A stretch of DNA of 15,056 bases from assembly GCA_039683575.1 (NCBI GenBank), contig JBDKRC010000200.1, forward strand, positions 1 through 15,056, written 5' to 3'. The stretch comes from Armatimonadia bacterium. Lineage in GTDB: Bacteria > Armatimonadota > Zipacnadia > Zipacnadales > UBA11051. The notes under the pieces were generated by a model. It was not told the DNA's origin and searched no databases. It worked only from the letters and a program-made list of their open reading frames with translations. Shown one piece after another: positions 6,852 to 14,199 of the stretch. Made by a program: the position numbers and the translations under genes. The stretch's first letter is position 1. Every line of letters begins with the position of its first letter.

Positions 6852-7733
6852 TTGCGTTGGAATGAATTGACCATAAACACGTCGTACCTCGCCTCCGAAG
6901 CTGTCGCGACCATCCTCCACGAGTTCACGGACGGATTCACCATCAGCAACACCGGCCGCGGGCTCGTCTATCAGGCCTGGCTCCCCGAGGACAACCGCCT
7001 CGAATCCCGCGTGGAAGACCTCCGCCAGCGCTTCGCCAACCTCCCCGAGGAACTCCTCGCCGACGGCGAACCCACTATCGAGCGCGGCTGGATCAACGAA
7101 GAGGACTGGGCCGAGGCCTGGAAGGCCTACTGGCACCCGCTGCGCCTCGGCCGCCGCCTGGTGATCAAACCCACCTGGCAACCGTGGCCCCCCGCCGACC
7201 AGCCCGAACTGGCCCGCGAAGATGACATGATCATCGAACTCGATCCCGGCATGGCCTTTGGCACCGGCACCCACGCCACCACCGCCCAGTGCCTCGCCGC
7301 CCTTGAGGACTACCTGCAGCCCGGCGCTCGCGTGATAGACCTCGGCTCCGGCTCCGGCATCCTCACCGTCGCCTGCCTCAAGCTCGGCGCCAGCGAAGTC
7401 CTCGCCATCGACGCCGACCCGCTCTCCGTCCAGGCCACCACCGCCAACTGCAAGCTGAACCAGGTCACTGGCTGCCAGGCGGTAGAGCAGCGCGGCCTGA
7501 CCGGCGTCGAGGGCAAGTGGGACATAGTCGTCGCCAACATCTCCTACCAGATCATCAAGCAGGAAATCCCCCTGGTCAAAGAGCGCCTCAAGCCCGGCGG
7601 CCTTTTCATCTCCTCCGGCTATTTCGTAGGCTACGAGGAAGAGATCGTCAACCAACTACAGGACACCGGCTTCGAAATCCTCCGCAGTGTGGATATCGAG
7701 CAATGGTCCTGCGTAACCGCCCGCCTAATCTAG
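6852..7733 (+). CDS. prmA: 50S ribosomal protein L11 methyltransferase
   Basis: 'EEDWAEAWKAYWHP', 'IELDPGMAFGTGTHATT', SAM-binding 'VIDLGSGSGIL' and 'DIVVANI'. TTG start. Confidence 0.95.
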   Translation: MRWNELTINTSYLASEAVATILHEFTDGFTISNTGRGLVYQAWLPEDNRLESRVEDLRQRFANLPEELLADGEPTIERGWINEEDWAEAWKAYWHPLRLGRRLVIKPTWQPWPPADQPELAREDDMIIELDPGMAFGTGTHATTAQCLAALEDYLQPGARVIDLGSGSGILTVACLKLGASEVLAIDADPLSVQATTANCKLNQVTGCQAVEQRGLTGVEGKWDIVVANISYQIIKQEIPLVKERLKPGGLFISSGYFVGYEEEIVNQLQDTGFEILRSVDIEQWSCVTARLI

Positions 7734-7736
7734 AAT

Positions 7737-7760
7737 GTGGGAGGGGCCACTGGCCCCGAC
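7737..7760 (+). repeat. REP-like palindrome, family C
   Basis: GTGGGAGGGGCCACTGGCCCCGAC begins 3 nt after the prmA stop; identical copy at 8770-8793. Confidence 0.8.
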
Positions 7761-7780
7761 GTCGTCCGGCCGACCACCCA

Positions 7781-7863
7781 GGAACGGGGACTGACCCTGA
7801 TTTCGCAACCTTCCCCTCGCCTCCCAAAAACTGCCATGCGAAATTGGGGTCTGTCCCCGTTCC
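7781..7863. repeat. 83-bp MITE/REPIN-like element with 27-bp imperfect terminal inverted repeats (family F)
   Basis: GGAACGGGGACTGACCCTGATTTCGCA (7781-7807) matches the reverse complement of 7837-7863 at 24/27 positions. A partial second copy lies at 8031-8097, with related ends at 7901-7917 and 15041-15056. Confidence 0.75.
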
Positions 7864-7928
7864 GGCCTCTCTCCCGCCTCCAATAGAATGGCGTCTGCTC
7901 TGAAAAATGGGGTCTGCGGGGGTGACGG

Positions 7929-7978
7929 GCCGTTTGGAGCGCGAAGCGACGTCCGCGTCGCAGGGCATCCTTGCCCGC
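7929..7978 (+). repeat. TGGAG-type REP element (family E, long form)
   Basis: GCCGTTTGGAGCGCGAAGCGACGTCCGCGTCGCAGGGCATCCTTGCCCGC; related copies at 12767-12813 and 12840-12869. Confidence 0.8.
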
Positions 7979-8030
7979 TCGGACGTCTGCCACTTTTCAT
8001 CGTTCAGGGTGACGCAAAGGCGTCATGCGT

Positions 8031-8097
8031 GACTGTCCCCACCTTCCCCCTCGCCTCCCAAAAACTGTCATGCGAAATTGGGGTCTGTCCCCGTTCC
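8031..8097 (+). repeat. Second, partial copy of the family F element
   Basis: Shares ACCTTCCCC..TCGCCTCCCAAAAACTG(C/T)CATGCGAAATTGGGGTCTGTCCCCGTTCC with 7808-7863. Confidence 0.8.
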
Positions 8098-8198
8098 CAC
8101 CTTCCCCTCTCCCTCCCCCTGTTTTCCGTCCTTCTGTTTTCTGTTTTCGCCTTTTCCCCAAAGGCCTCTCCCCCTCCCCCGCCGAATTACTAACCATC

Positions 8199-8765
8199 AT
8201 GCAAAAGCAAATCCTCTACTGCGAACAGGCCGGTCCCGCCAATAGCGCCTCCGTCATCGCCGCCGCTGTCCAGCGTGCCGAGGAACTGGGCCTCCGTTAC
8301 CTCGTCGTGGCCTCGACCACCGGCGATACCGCCGAGCAGCTCCGCGCCGCTGTCGGCGATCGTCCCATGACGGTCGTTTGCGTCACTTACCACGCGGGCT
8401 TCAAGCAGGCCGACGACGCCATGCCACCCGAGCGCCGCGCCGCTCTCCGCGCCCAGGGCATCGAACTGGTCATCGCTTCCCACGCCCTGAGCGGGGTCGA
8501 GCGCTCGATCAATAATGCCTTTGGCACCATCGGCCCGGTAGAAATGATCGCCCACGCCTTCCGCCGCTTCGGCCAGGGCATCAAGGTTGCCATCGAGGTG
8601 GCGGTAATGGCCGCCGACGCCGCAGCCGCCCCCACCACCGAGGACATAGTAGCCCTCGGCGGCACCGGCAAAGGCTGCGACGCGGCCATAGTCCTCCGCG
8701 CGGCCCATCAGAACAACTTCTTCGACCTTCGGGTAAAAGAGATCATAGCCATGGTCAACGCCTGA
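8199..8765 (+). CDS. Pyruvate-kinase C-terminal alpha/beta (PK_C-like) domain protein, MTH1675/COG1751-like
   Basis: 'GPANS..VI.AA..RA.ELG...LVVASTTGDTA', 'VCVTYHAGF', 'HALSGVERSI', 'FGQGIKVAIEVAVMAADA' and 'IVALGGTGKGCDAAIVL'. Start placed at ATG 8199 because the upstream ORF extension runs through repeats. Confidence 0.8.
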   Translation: MQKQILYCEQAGPANSASVIAAAVQRAEELGLRYLVVASTTGDTAEQLRAAVGDRPMTVVCVTYHAGFKQADDAMPPERRAALRAQGIELVIASHALSGVERSINNAFGTIGPVEMIAHAFRRFGQGIKVAIEVAVMAADAAAAPTTEDIVALGGTGKGCDAAIVLRAAHQNNFFDLRVKEIIAMVNA

Positions 8766-8769
8766 CCAT

Positions 8770-8876
8770 GTGGGAGGGGCCACTGGCCCCGACGCCGTCA
8801 ATCCGCCGCTATCGCCGCCTGTAGGAGCGCTCACCAGAGCGCGATTTCTCTCGCCACCGCCGCCTGTAGGAGCCCT
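8770..8876 (+). repeat. REP cluster: family C (8770-8793) plus family B short/partial copies (8821-8844, 8866-8876)
   Basis: GTGGGAGGGGCCACTGGCCCCGAC, then the direct repeat CGCCGCCTGTAGGAGC at 8813-8828 and 8858-8873. Confidence 0.8.
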
Positions 8877-8880
8877 CTTC

Positions 8881-10110
8881 ATGCCCACCTCCTCCGACCT
8901 CCAGATCCTCCGCGACCTCGCCAAACAGGTCGCCGACATCGCCGCCGACCCCATCCAGGAAGAGCGCCGTAACCTCTGGACTGCCCACAACAGCTTCGAG
9001 CGCACCCGCCCGCTCATCATGTGCCCCTGGGAGGCTGCCTGGCCCGAGCATCCCGACGCCCCCAATCGCTGCGAGGACCCCTTCTTCCAGACCTACGAGA
9101 CCCAGCTCAAGCAGCGTATCTTCAAGCAGTCCCTCGGCGACGACACCGTGATTGACTCCTGGCTCATCGTCCCCGCCGTCAAGATCGGCCCCCCCAACGG
9201 CCTCTGGGGCGTCAGCCACACCTATACCACCAGCGGTGTCGCTGGCGGCGCCTGGAAACACCAGCCGGCCCTCAAGCAACTCTCCGATCTCGACAAGATG
9301 GTCGTCCCCAAACACGAAATCAACGAGGAAGCCACCGCCGCCAACTTCGCCAGGCTCGACGAAGCCCTCGGCGACCTCCTCACCATCACAGTCGACCGCG
9401 CCCCCACCTGGAGCGGCTGGCACGCCGACCTGTCCACCGACCTCTTCTACCTCCGCGGCCTCGACCAGCTCATGCTCGACATGACCGACAACGTCTCCTG
9501 GCTCCATGAACTGCTCAGCTTCATGCGCGACGGCATCCTCAAGTCCCACGACGAGGCCGAAGCCGCCGGCGACTGGAGCCTCATCAACCACAACGCCCAG
9601 GCCCAGTGCTACTGCCGCGAGCTGCCTCGCCCCGCCCCCAACGTCTACGGCGCCCCGCGCCACAACCTCTGGGCCTTCTTCGCCGCCCAGGAATACGCCC
9701 TCATCAGCCCGCGCATGCATGACGAGTTTCTGCTACAATACCAACTCCCGATCATGGAGAAGTTCGGGCTCATCTCCTACGGCTGCTGCGAGAACCTCAC
9801 CAACAAGGTGGACATGCTGCGCCAGGTCAAGAACCTCCGCCGCTTCTCGGTCACACCCATGGCCGACCCGGCCCGCTGCGCCGAAGAGATCGGCACCGAC
9901 TACATACTCTCCTGGCGCCCGAATCCCGCCGACATGATCTGCTGCGGCTTCTACCCCGACAAGATCCGGCGCATAGTAACCGAAGCCATGGAAGCCATGA
10001 AGGGCTGCCACGTAGACATCAATCTCAAAGACGTCCAGACCGTAGGCCACCAACCCAACCTCCTCCGAGACTGGGTAAAGCTCGTCCGCAGCATCACCGA
10101 CAACTACTAG
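8881..10110 (+). CDS. Uroporphyrinogen decarboxylase (URO-D)/CIMS-like superfamily protein of unknown function
   Basis: 'DLQILRDLAKQVADIAADP....RR.LW..HN', 'LRGLDQLMLDM.D....LHELL', 'ISPRMHDEFLLQYQ.P....FG...YGCCE.L' and 'SWRPNPA'. ATG at 8881 with AGGAG at 8868-8872. Confidence 0.75.
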   Translation: MPTSSDLQILRDLAKQVADIAADPIQEERRNLWTAHNSFERTRPLIMCPWEAAWPEHPDAPNRCEDPFFQTYETQLKQRIFKQSLGDDTVIDSWLIVPAVKIGPPNGLWGVSHTYTTSGVAGGAWKHQPALKQLSDLDKMVVPKHEINEEATAANFARLDEALGDLLTITVDRAPTWSGWHADLSTDLFYLRGLDQLMLDMTDNVSWLHELLSFMRDGILKSHDEAEAAGDWSLINHNAQAQCYCRELPRPAPNVYGAPRHNLWAFFAAQEYALISPRMHDEFLLQYQLPIMEKFGLISYGCCENLTNKVDMLRQVKNLRRFSVTPMADPARCAEEIGTDYILSWRPNPADMICCGFYPDKIRRIVTEAMEAMKGCHVDINLKDVQTVGHQPNLLRDWVKLVRSITDNY

Positions 10111-10171
10111 CCGTTCTCGCCGTTGCCTTTGCCTTTACTCTTCACTATTTCGCTATTCGGTATTCACTTCG

Positions 10172-10282
10172 GCTGTAGGGCGGGGGCTCCGTACCCCGCC
10201 TGCCGTTATCCACGATAACCTATCGCCACGCGCGGCGAAGCGGTGTCTGCACCGCAGGGGCACGGAGCCCCCGCCCTACAGC
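10172..10282. repeat. REPIN-like inverted doublet of GTAG REPs (family D)
   Basis: Perfect 21-bp inverted repeat: GCTGTAGGGCGGGGGCTCCGT (10172-10192) and ACGGAGCCCCCGCCCTACAGC (10262-10282). Confidence 0.85.
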
Positions 10283-10312
10283 ACGACTATTTGCTATTTG
10301 CCATTCGCTCCC

Positions 10313-11497
10313 ATGCCCAAACCCACTCGCCCCAAAAAATCCCGTCTCCTCCCCACCCTCGCCCACATCGTCCTCATCACCGGCGGGATCAGCATGCTGC
10401 TGCCCCTGCTCTGGATGATCTCCACCGCTCTCAAAGAGCCCGCCGACGTCATGAGCTACCCGCCCGAGTTCATCCCCCGCGTCCAGCAGACCTGGCGCGA
10501 TCCGCAGACCGGCGTGGACTACCCCATGTTCAGCCTGCTGCCAGCCGCCGCGCCTACCCTCACCGCCACCGAGCCCCTCCGCGTCGCCCGCCTCCGCACC
10601 GAGGCCGGTCGCGCCGAGGTGGTTACCCTCACCGGTCCCAACCCCGGCCAGAAGCTCCTGGTCCCCCTCAGCGTCCCGCAGGACGGCCGCATGATCCGCG
10701 CCCTCACGCCCGTCAAGCGCGTCCAGCTCCGCTGGCGGAACTTCCCCGAGGCCTGGAACGCACTCACTCTCCAGCGCAACTGGATGTCGTGGGAACTCCC
10801 GTACCAGCTCAACCTCGGCTTCATGAAGATCGGCCCCTTCCATTCGGGTGGCCTCCCGATCCGCAACGCCTTCGTGGCCTTCTACCTAAACTCCCTCATC
10901 GTCACGATCCTCGTCACCGCCGGTGCGGTCTTCACCTCCAGCCTCTCCGCCTTCGCCTTCGCCCGCCTGAACTTCCCCGGCCGTGACAAGCTCTTCCTGG
11001 GCTACCTCGGCACCATGATGGTCCCCCAGGTCGTCACGATGATCCCGGTCTTCGTCCTCCTCAAACTCTTCGGCTGGATAGACACCTACGCCGCCATGAT
11101 CCTCCCGCCGATGTTCACCGCCTACGGCACGTTCCTGCTCCGCCAGTTCTTCTCCACGATCCCGCGCGAGCTCGAAGACGCCGCCCGCATCGACGGCTGC
11201 GGCCTCTGGGGCATCTACCGTCACGTAATCATGCCTCTCTCCGGTCCGGCCATCGCCACCCTCACGACCTTCATCTTCCTCGGCACCTGGAACTCTTTCA
11301 TGTGGCCGCTGATTGTGATCAACTCCATGGAAAAGCGCCCCCTCATGCTCGGCCTCTACGCCTTCATGAGCCGCTACAATACCGAATGGACCCTACTCAT
11401 GGCCGCCAGCCTCATGGTAATGGCCCCGGTGGTAATAGTCTTCCTCCTCGGCCAGCGCTACTTCGTAAAGGGCATAGTAGTAAGCGGCATGAAGTAG
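10313..11497 (+). CDS. Carbohydrate ABC transporter permease (MalG/UgpE-like) with large extracytoplasmic insertion
   Basis: 'PLLWMISTALK', 'YLNSLIVT', 'AFAFARLNFPGRD', EAA loop 'IPRELEDAARIDGCG', 'WNSFMWPLI' and 'QRYFVKGI..SGMK'. Confidence 0.92.
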   Translation: MPKPTRPKKSRLLPTLAHIVLITGGISMLLPLLWMISTALKEPADVMSYPPEFIPRVQQTWRDPQTGVDYPMFSLLPAAAPTLTATEPLRVARLRTEAGRAEVVTLTGPNPGQKLLVPLSVPQDGRMIRALTPVKRVQLRWRNFPEAWNALTLQRNWMSWELPYQLNLGFMKIGPFHSGGLPIRNAFVAFYLNSLIVTILVTAGAVFTSSLSAFAFARLNFPGRDKLFLGYLGTMMVPQVVTMIPVFVLLKLFGWIDTYAAMILPPMFTAYGTFLLRQFFSTIPRELEDAARIDGCGLWGIYRHVIMPLSGPAIATLTTFIFLGTWNSFMWPLIVINSMEKRPLMLGLYAFMSRYNTEWTLLMAASLMVMAPVVIVFLLGQRYFVKGIVVSGMK

Positions 11498-11535
11498 ACG
11501 CGCACCAGGCCCCCAACGCCCCCCAACGCCCCCGC

Positions 11536-11753
11536 GTAGGTCGGTTCGTCACGAACCGACACCGCCATACCGCCAATCCGCCACCACGGCCGCCGGTAGG
11601 AGCGCTCCCCCGAGCGCGACCATCACCGACCAACCTTCATCCCCGCCTCCTCCTCCCGTCCCCGCCGGTAGGAGCGCTCCCCGTGCGGACGAAACGTCCG
11701 CCGCGCGATCCATCCCCGACCAACCTTCATCCCCGCCTCCTCCTCTCGTCCCC
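11536..11753 (+). repeat. Composite REP cluster: family A (11536-11560), family B short (11596-11621), family B long (11668-11710), with a duplicated ~38-bp linker
   Basis: The linker CCGACCAACCTTCATCCCCGCCTCCTCCTC(C/T)CGTCCCC occurs at 11626-11663 and 11716-11753. Confidence 0.85.
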
Positions 11754-11868
11754 CCCCGCTCCCAAAGCCCTACGATAACCTACTACACCAATGAACACTG
11801 CGGTCACTGCCCCTGTCACACAAACCGGGACACCAACGCGGGGAGGGGTGAAAGAGAGGTACCGGACA

Positions 11869-12672
11869 ATGCGTCGCTCCCCGGCGCACGAAGCAATGCT
11901 CACCTTCCTTGCCCTCTGCCTGATCGGCCCTGCTTTGGCGACAGAGTACGCCTCTACCGACCCGCCGCAGCCCATTCTCGACCATCAGACGACCACCTCG
12001 ACCATCACCATCACCTCAACCAGGGTCATCACGGACCTCAACGTTAAGCTCAACATCCGCCACGCCTACACGGGTGACCTCGTCATCACCCTCACCGGCC
12101 CCGGTGGTGCTCCCGAGTGTGTCCTGATCGACAGGAAATGGGAGCCGGTTAGCGTTACCTTTGACGATGAGGGCGGCTGGAAGCCGGAGACGCCGCTGTC
12201 GGTCTTCGACGGGATGAGTCTGGCGGGCACCTGGACTTTGCGGGTGACAGACGAGTTGACCTCCGACGAGGGAACCCTCAACGGTTGGTCCCTGCTCGTC
12301 ACCCAGGCCGACCCTGACCGGACCCCTCCGGTCGTGACGATCGACTCCGTGGCCCCGACCGTGCTCTGGCCGCTGACCAACCGCCTGGTCCCGGTCATCC
12401 TCTGCGGCACAGCCACAGATGCCGGCGGCCAGGTAGCCCGCGTCTGGTGCGAGGTGGATGACAGCAACGGCGAGCTGGACGGAACCCACGAACTGACCCT
12501 CGACGGCAACGGCGAGTTCTACAAACAGCTACTACTGAGGGCTGCGCGCTCCAGGACCAAGTGTGCAGACCGGACCTACGAACTGAGCGTATACGCCGCA
12601 GACACCTCCGGCAACGTGTCAGCCCCGGCCTGTTGTACCGTCATTGTCCCGCGCAACCAGCCGCGCCGGTGA
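11869..12672 (+). CDS. Secreted proprotein-convertase P-domain protein with a C-terminal Ig-like beta domain
   Basis: Signal-peptide-like 'MLTFLALCLIGPALA'. P-domain 'ITDLNVKLNIRHAYTGDLVITLTGPGG...LSVFDGMSLAGTWTLRVTD....DEGTLNGWSL'. C-terminal 'DRTPPVVTI...P.VLWP...LRA.R......RTY......AD.SGN'. ATG at 11869 follows GAGAGGT; alternative ATG at 11896. Confidence 0.8.
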   Translation: MRRSPAHEAMLTFLALCLIGPALATEYASTDPPQPILDHQTTTSTITITSTRVITDLNVKLNIRHAYTGDLVITLTGPGGAPECVLIDRKWEPVSVTFDDEGGWKPETPLSVFDGMSLAGTWTLRVTDELTSDEGTLNGWSLLVTQADPDRTPPVVTIDSVAPTVLWPLTNRLVPVILCGTATDAGGQVARVWCEVDDSNGELDGTHELTLDGNGEFYKQLLLRAARSRTKCADRTYELSVYAADTSGNVSAPACCTVIVPRNQPRR

Positions 12673-12705
12673 ATCCGGCACCACGGAACCTAGATCACCA
12701 GAACC

Positions 12706-12735
12706 AAAAGAGACCCGGCCAACCAGCCGGGTCTC
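12706..12735 (-). terminator. Intrinsic terminator (T-tract on the minus strand; possibly bidirectional)
   Basis: AAAA-GAGACCCGGC-caacca-GCCGGGTCTC: a perfect 10-bp stem between convergent genes. Confidence 0.7.
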
Positions 12736-12766
12736 GTCGTCTCTTGCCATCCGCCGTCCGCCGTTC

Positions 12767-12869
12767 GCCGTTTGGAGCGCGAAGCGACGTCCGCGCCGCA
12801 GGGAATCCCTGCCTCCGCATGCCGTCGCGTTCGCCGTTCGCCGTTTGGAGCGCGGGCATCCTTGCCCGC
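12767..12869 (+). repeat. Two family E TGGAG REP copies (long and short forms)
   Basis: GCCGTTTGGAGCGCGAAGCGACGTCCGCGCCGCAGGGAATCCCTGCC, then GCCGTTTGGAGCGCGGGCATCCTTGCCCGC. Confidence 0.8.
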
Positions 12870-12871
12870 AC

Positions 12872-12972
<101 letters not shown>

Positions 12973-12975
12973 CTA

Positions 12976-13058
12976 AGGCCCGAAGGGCCGTCCGGCATCT
13001 AGCCAGGGCCGCAAGGCCCTGGTACCCGACACCTCAATCCCCGAGCCCCGAAGGGGCG
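12976..13058. repeat. ~83-bp triple-hairpin extragenic repeat, copy 2
   Basis: Matches 1443-1526 at the three hairpins; the linker before the third hairpin diverges. Confidence 0.85.
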
Positions 13059-13110
13059 CCAGCAACTGTTTTCTGTTTTCCGTTTTCCGTTCCCGCCGTT
13101 CCTCCGCCCC

Positions 13111-13929
13111 CTACCCCATCCCGCCCCCGCGCCCCGCCATCATCACTATGACGGCGATGTTCGCCAAGACCCCCACACTCCCCAGAACTATCGCCCACAT
13201 CGCCTTCGACCGCGCGGACGTCGCCGTCAGCCTCCGGATATTGGCGTCCGCGAGGATCCTCGCCCCCATCACAATCGCCACCACCCCGGGCCCAGGCAGG
13301 CAACACACCAGTATTCCGAGAATCGCAATGATCAGCGCCGTGGTGCCCCGCCCATCCAACTCCGCCTCCTGCGGATTGAACCCCATCTCCCCAAGCACAT
13401 CCGCCACCGGCCGCTGCGGCGTCACGGGCCTCGTCGTCGGCAGCCCTCCCCCTCCGCCAAAGGTCGGCGCGGGCGTCGGCGCCACTCCCCGGCACCCATA
13501 GGTCGTACAGCCCTGATTCTCGGCCCAGCAATCCGCATGATGCGGCAGCTTGCAGGCCGGGCAGGTCATCACCTGTTCTCCCGGCTTCAAGGGAAACCGG
13601 CAGTACGGGCAGGTCTTCCCAATCTCCTCTTCGGTAGCAGGATGAACCCCCTGCACGACCGGCGCACTCGGCCCGGCAGTGGCAGACGGTTCCTGGCTCT
13701 CGATGACAATGCCATCATCAGCCAGGTCAGGTGGCGCGCCGAAGGGTCGATAAGGTGGGGGAGAGGGACGTGCTGGCTCCGGACGTGACGGAGCGGGCGC
13801 CTGAGGGGCTTCGGGAGCCGCAGCCCCCGGCGTCTCCCGGCGCACGGGCAGACCAAAGATCTGCTGACCGCACTTGGGACAAAAGCGGCCCTGTACTCGA
13901 ATGTTCTGCTGACAATAAGGGCAGCGCAT
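13111..13929 (-). CDS. Membrane-anchored RING-finger protein (N-terminal zinc ribbon, Pro-rich linker, Prok-RING_1-like domain, C-terminal 2-TM DUF4190-like region); putative E3 ligase
   Basis: N-terminal CPYC...CPKC. RING-like CPYC-x12-CPAC-x3-HH-x2-CW-x5-C-x4-C at about 13492-13611. Two hydrophobic segments at the C-terminus. Confidence 0.82.
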   Translation of the reverse strand: MRCPYCQQNIRVQGRFCPKCGQQIFGLPVRRETPGAAAPEAPQAPAPSRPEPARPSPPPYRPFGAPPDLADDGIVIESQEPSATAGPSAPVVQGVHPATEEEIGKTCPYCRFPLKPGEQVMTCPACKLPHHADCWAENQGCTTYGCRGVAPTPAPTFGGGGGLPTTRPVTPQRPVADVLGEMGFNPQEAELDGRGTTALIIAILGILVCCLPGPGVVAIVMGARILADANIRRLTATSARSKAMWAIVLGSVGVLANIAVIVMMAGRGGGMG

Positions 13930-13954
13930 GTATTAGGTGTACAACCTCAACCGC

Positions 13955-14131
13955 GTAGGTCGGTTCGTCTCGAACCGACATTCCAACCCATCTAGCCCCT
14001 CCCCGCCCAACTCCCAATCCCCTGTGGGAGGGGTCACTGCCCCCGTCGGCCCCCCCCAACCAGCGTGTCATCCTGACGAGCGTCCTCCCAGCGTGTCATC
14101 CTGAGGAGCGGCGTCAGCGACGAAGGATCTC
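13955..14131 (+). repeat. Intergenic REP cluster between E2 and RING genes: family A (13955-13979), family C (14024-14047), TGTCATCCTGA-type element (14060-14131)
   Basis: GTAGGTCGGTTCGTCTCGAACCGAC; GTGGGAGGGGTCACTGCCCCCGTC; and CCAGCGTGTCATCCTGA twice (14060, 14088), the second copy ending in GAAGGATCTC. Confidence 0.8.
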
Positions 14132-14199
14132 CGCCACCTTCCCCTCATCCCCCACCCCCGCCGTTGCCTTCCCTGATCCCTGACCCCTGACCCCTGCCT

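Noticed and set aside
8025-8198. ORF-track N-terminal extensions (also 73-258, 8770-8880, 11791-11868)
   Set aside because: They run through repeats or upstream genes. Family homology or signal-peptide features begin at the downstream ATGs, most of which have an RBS.
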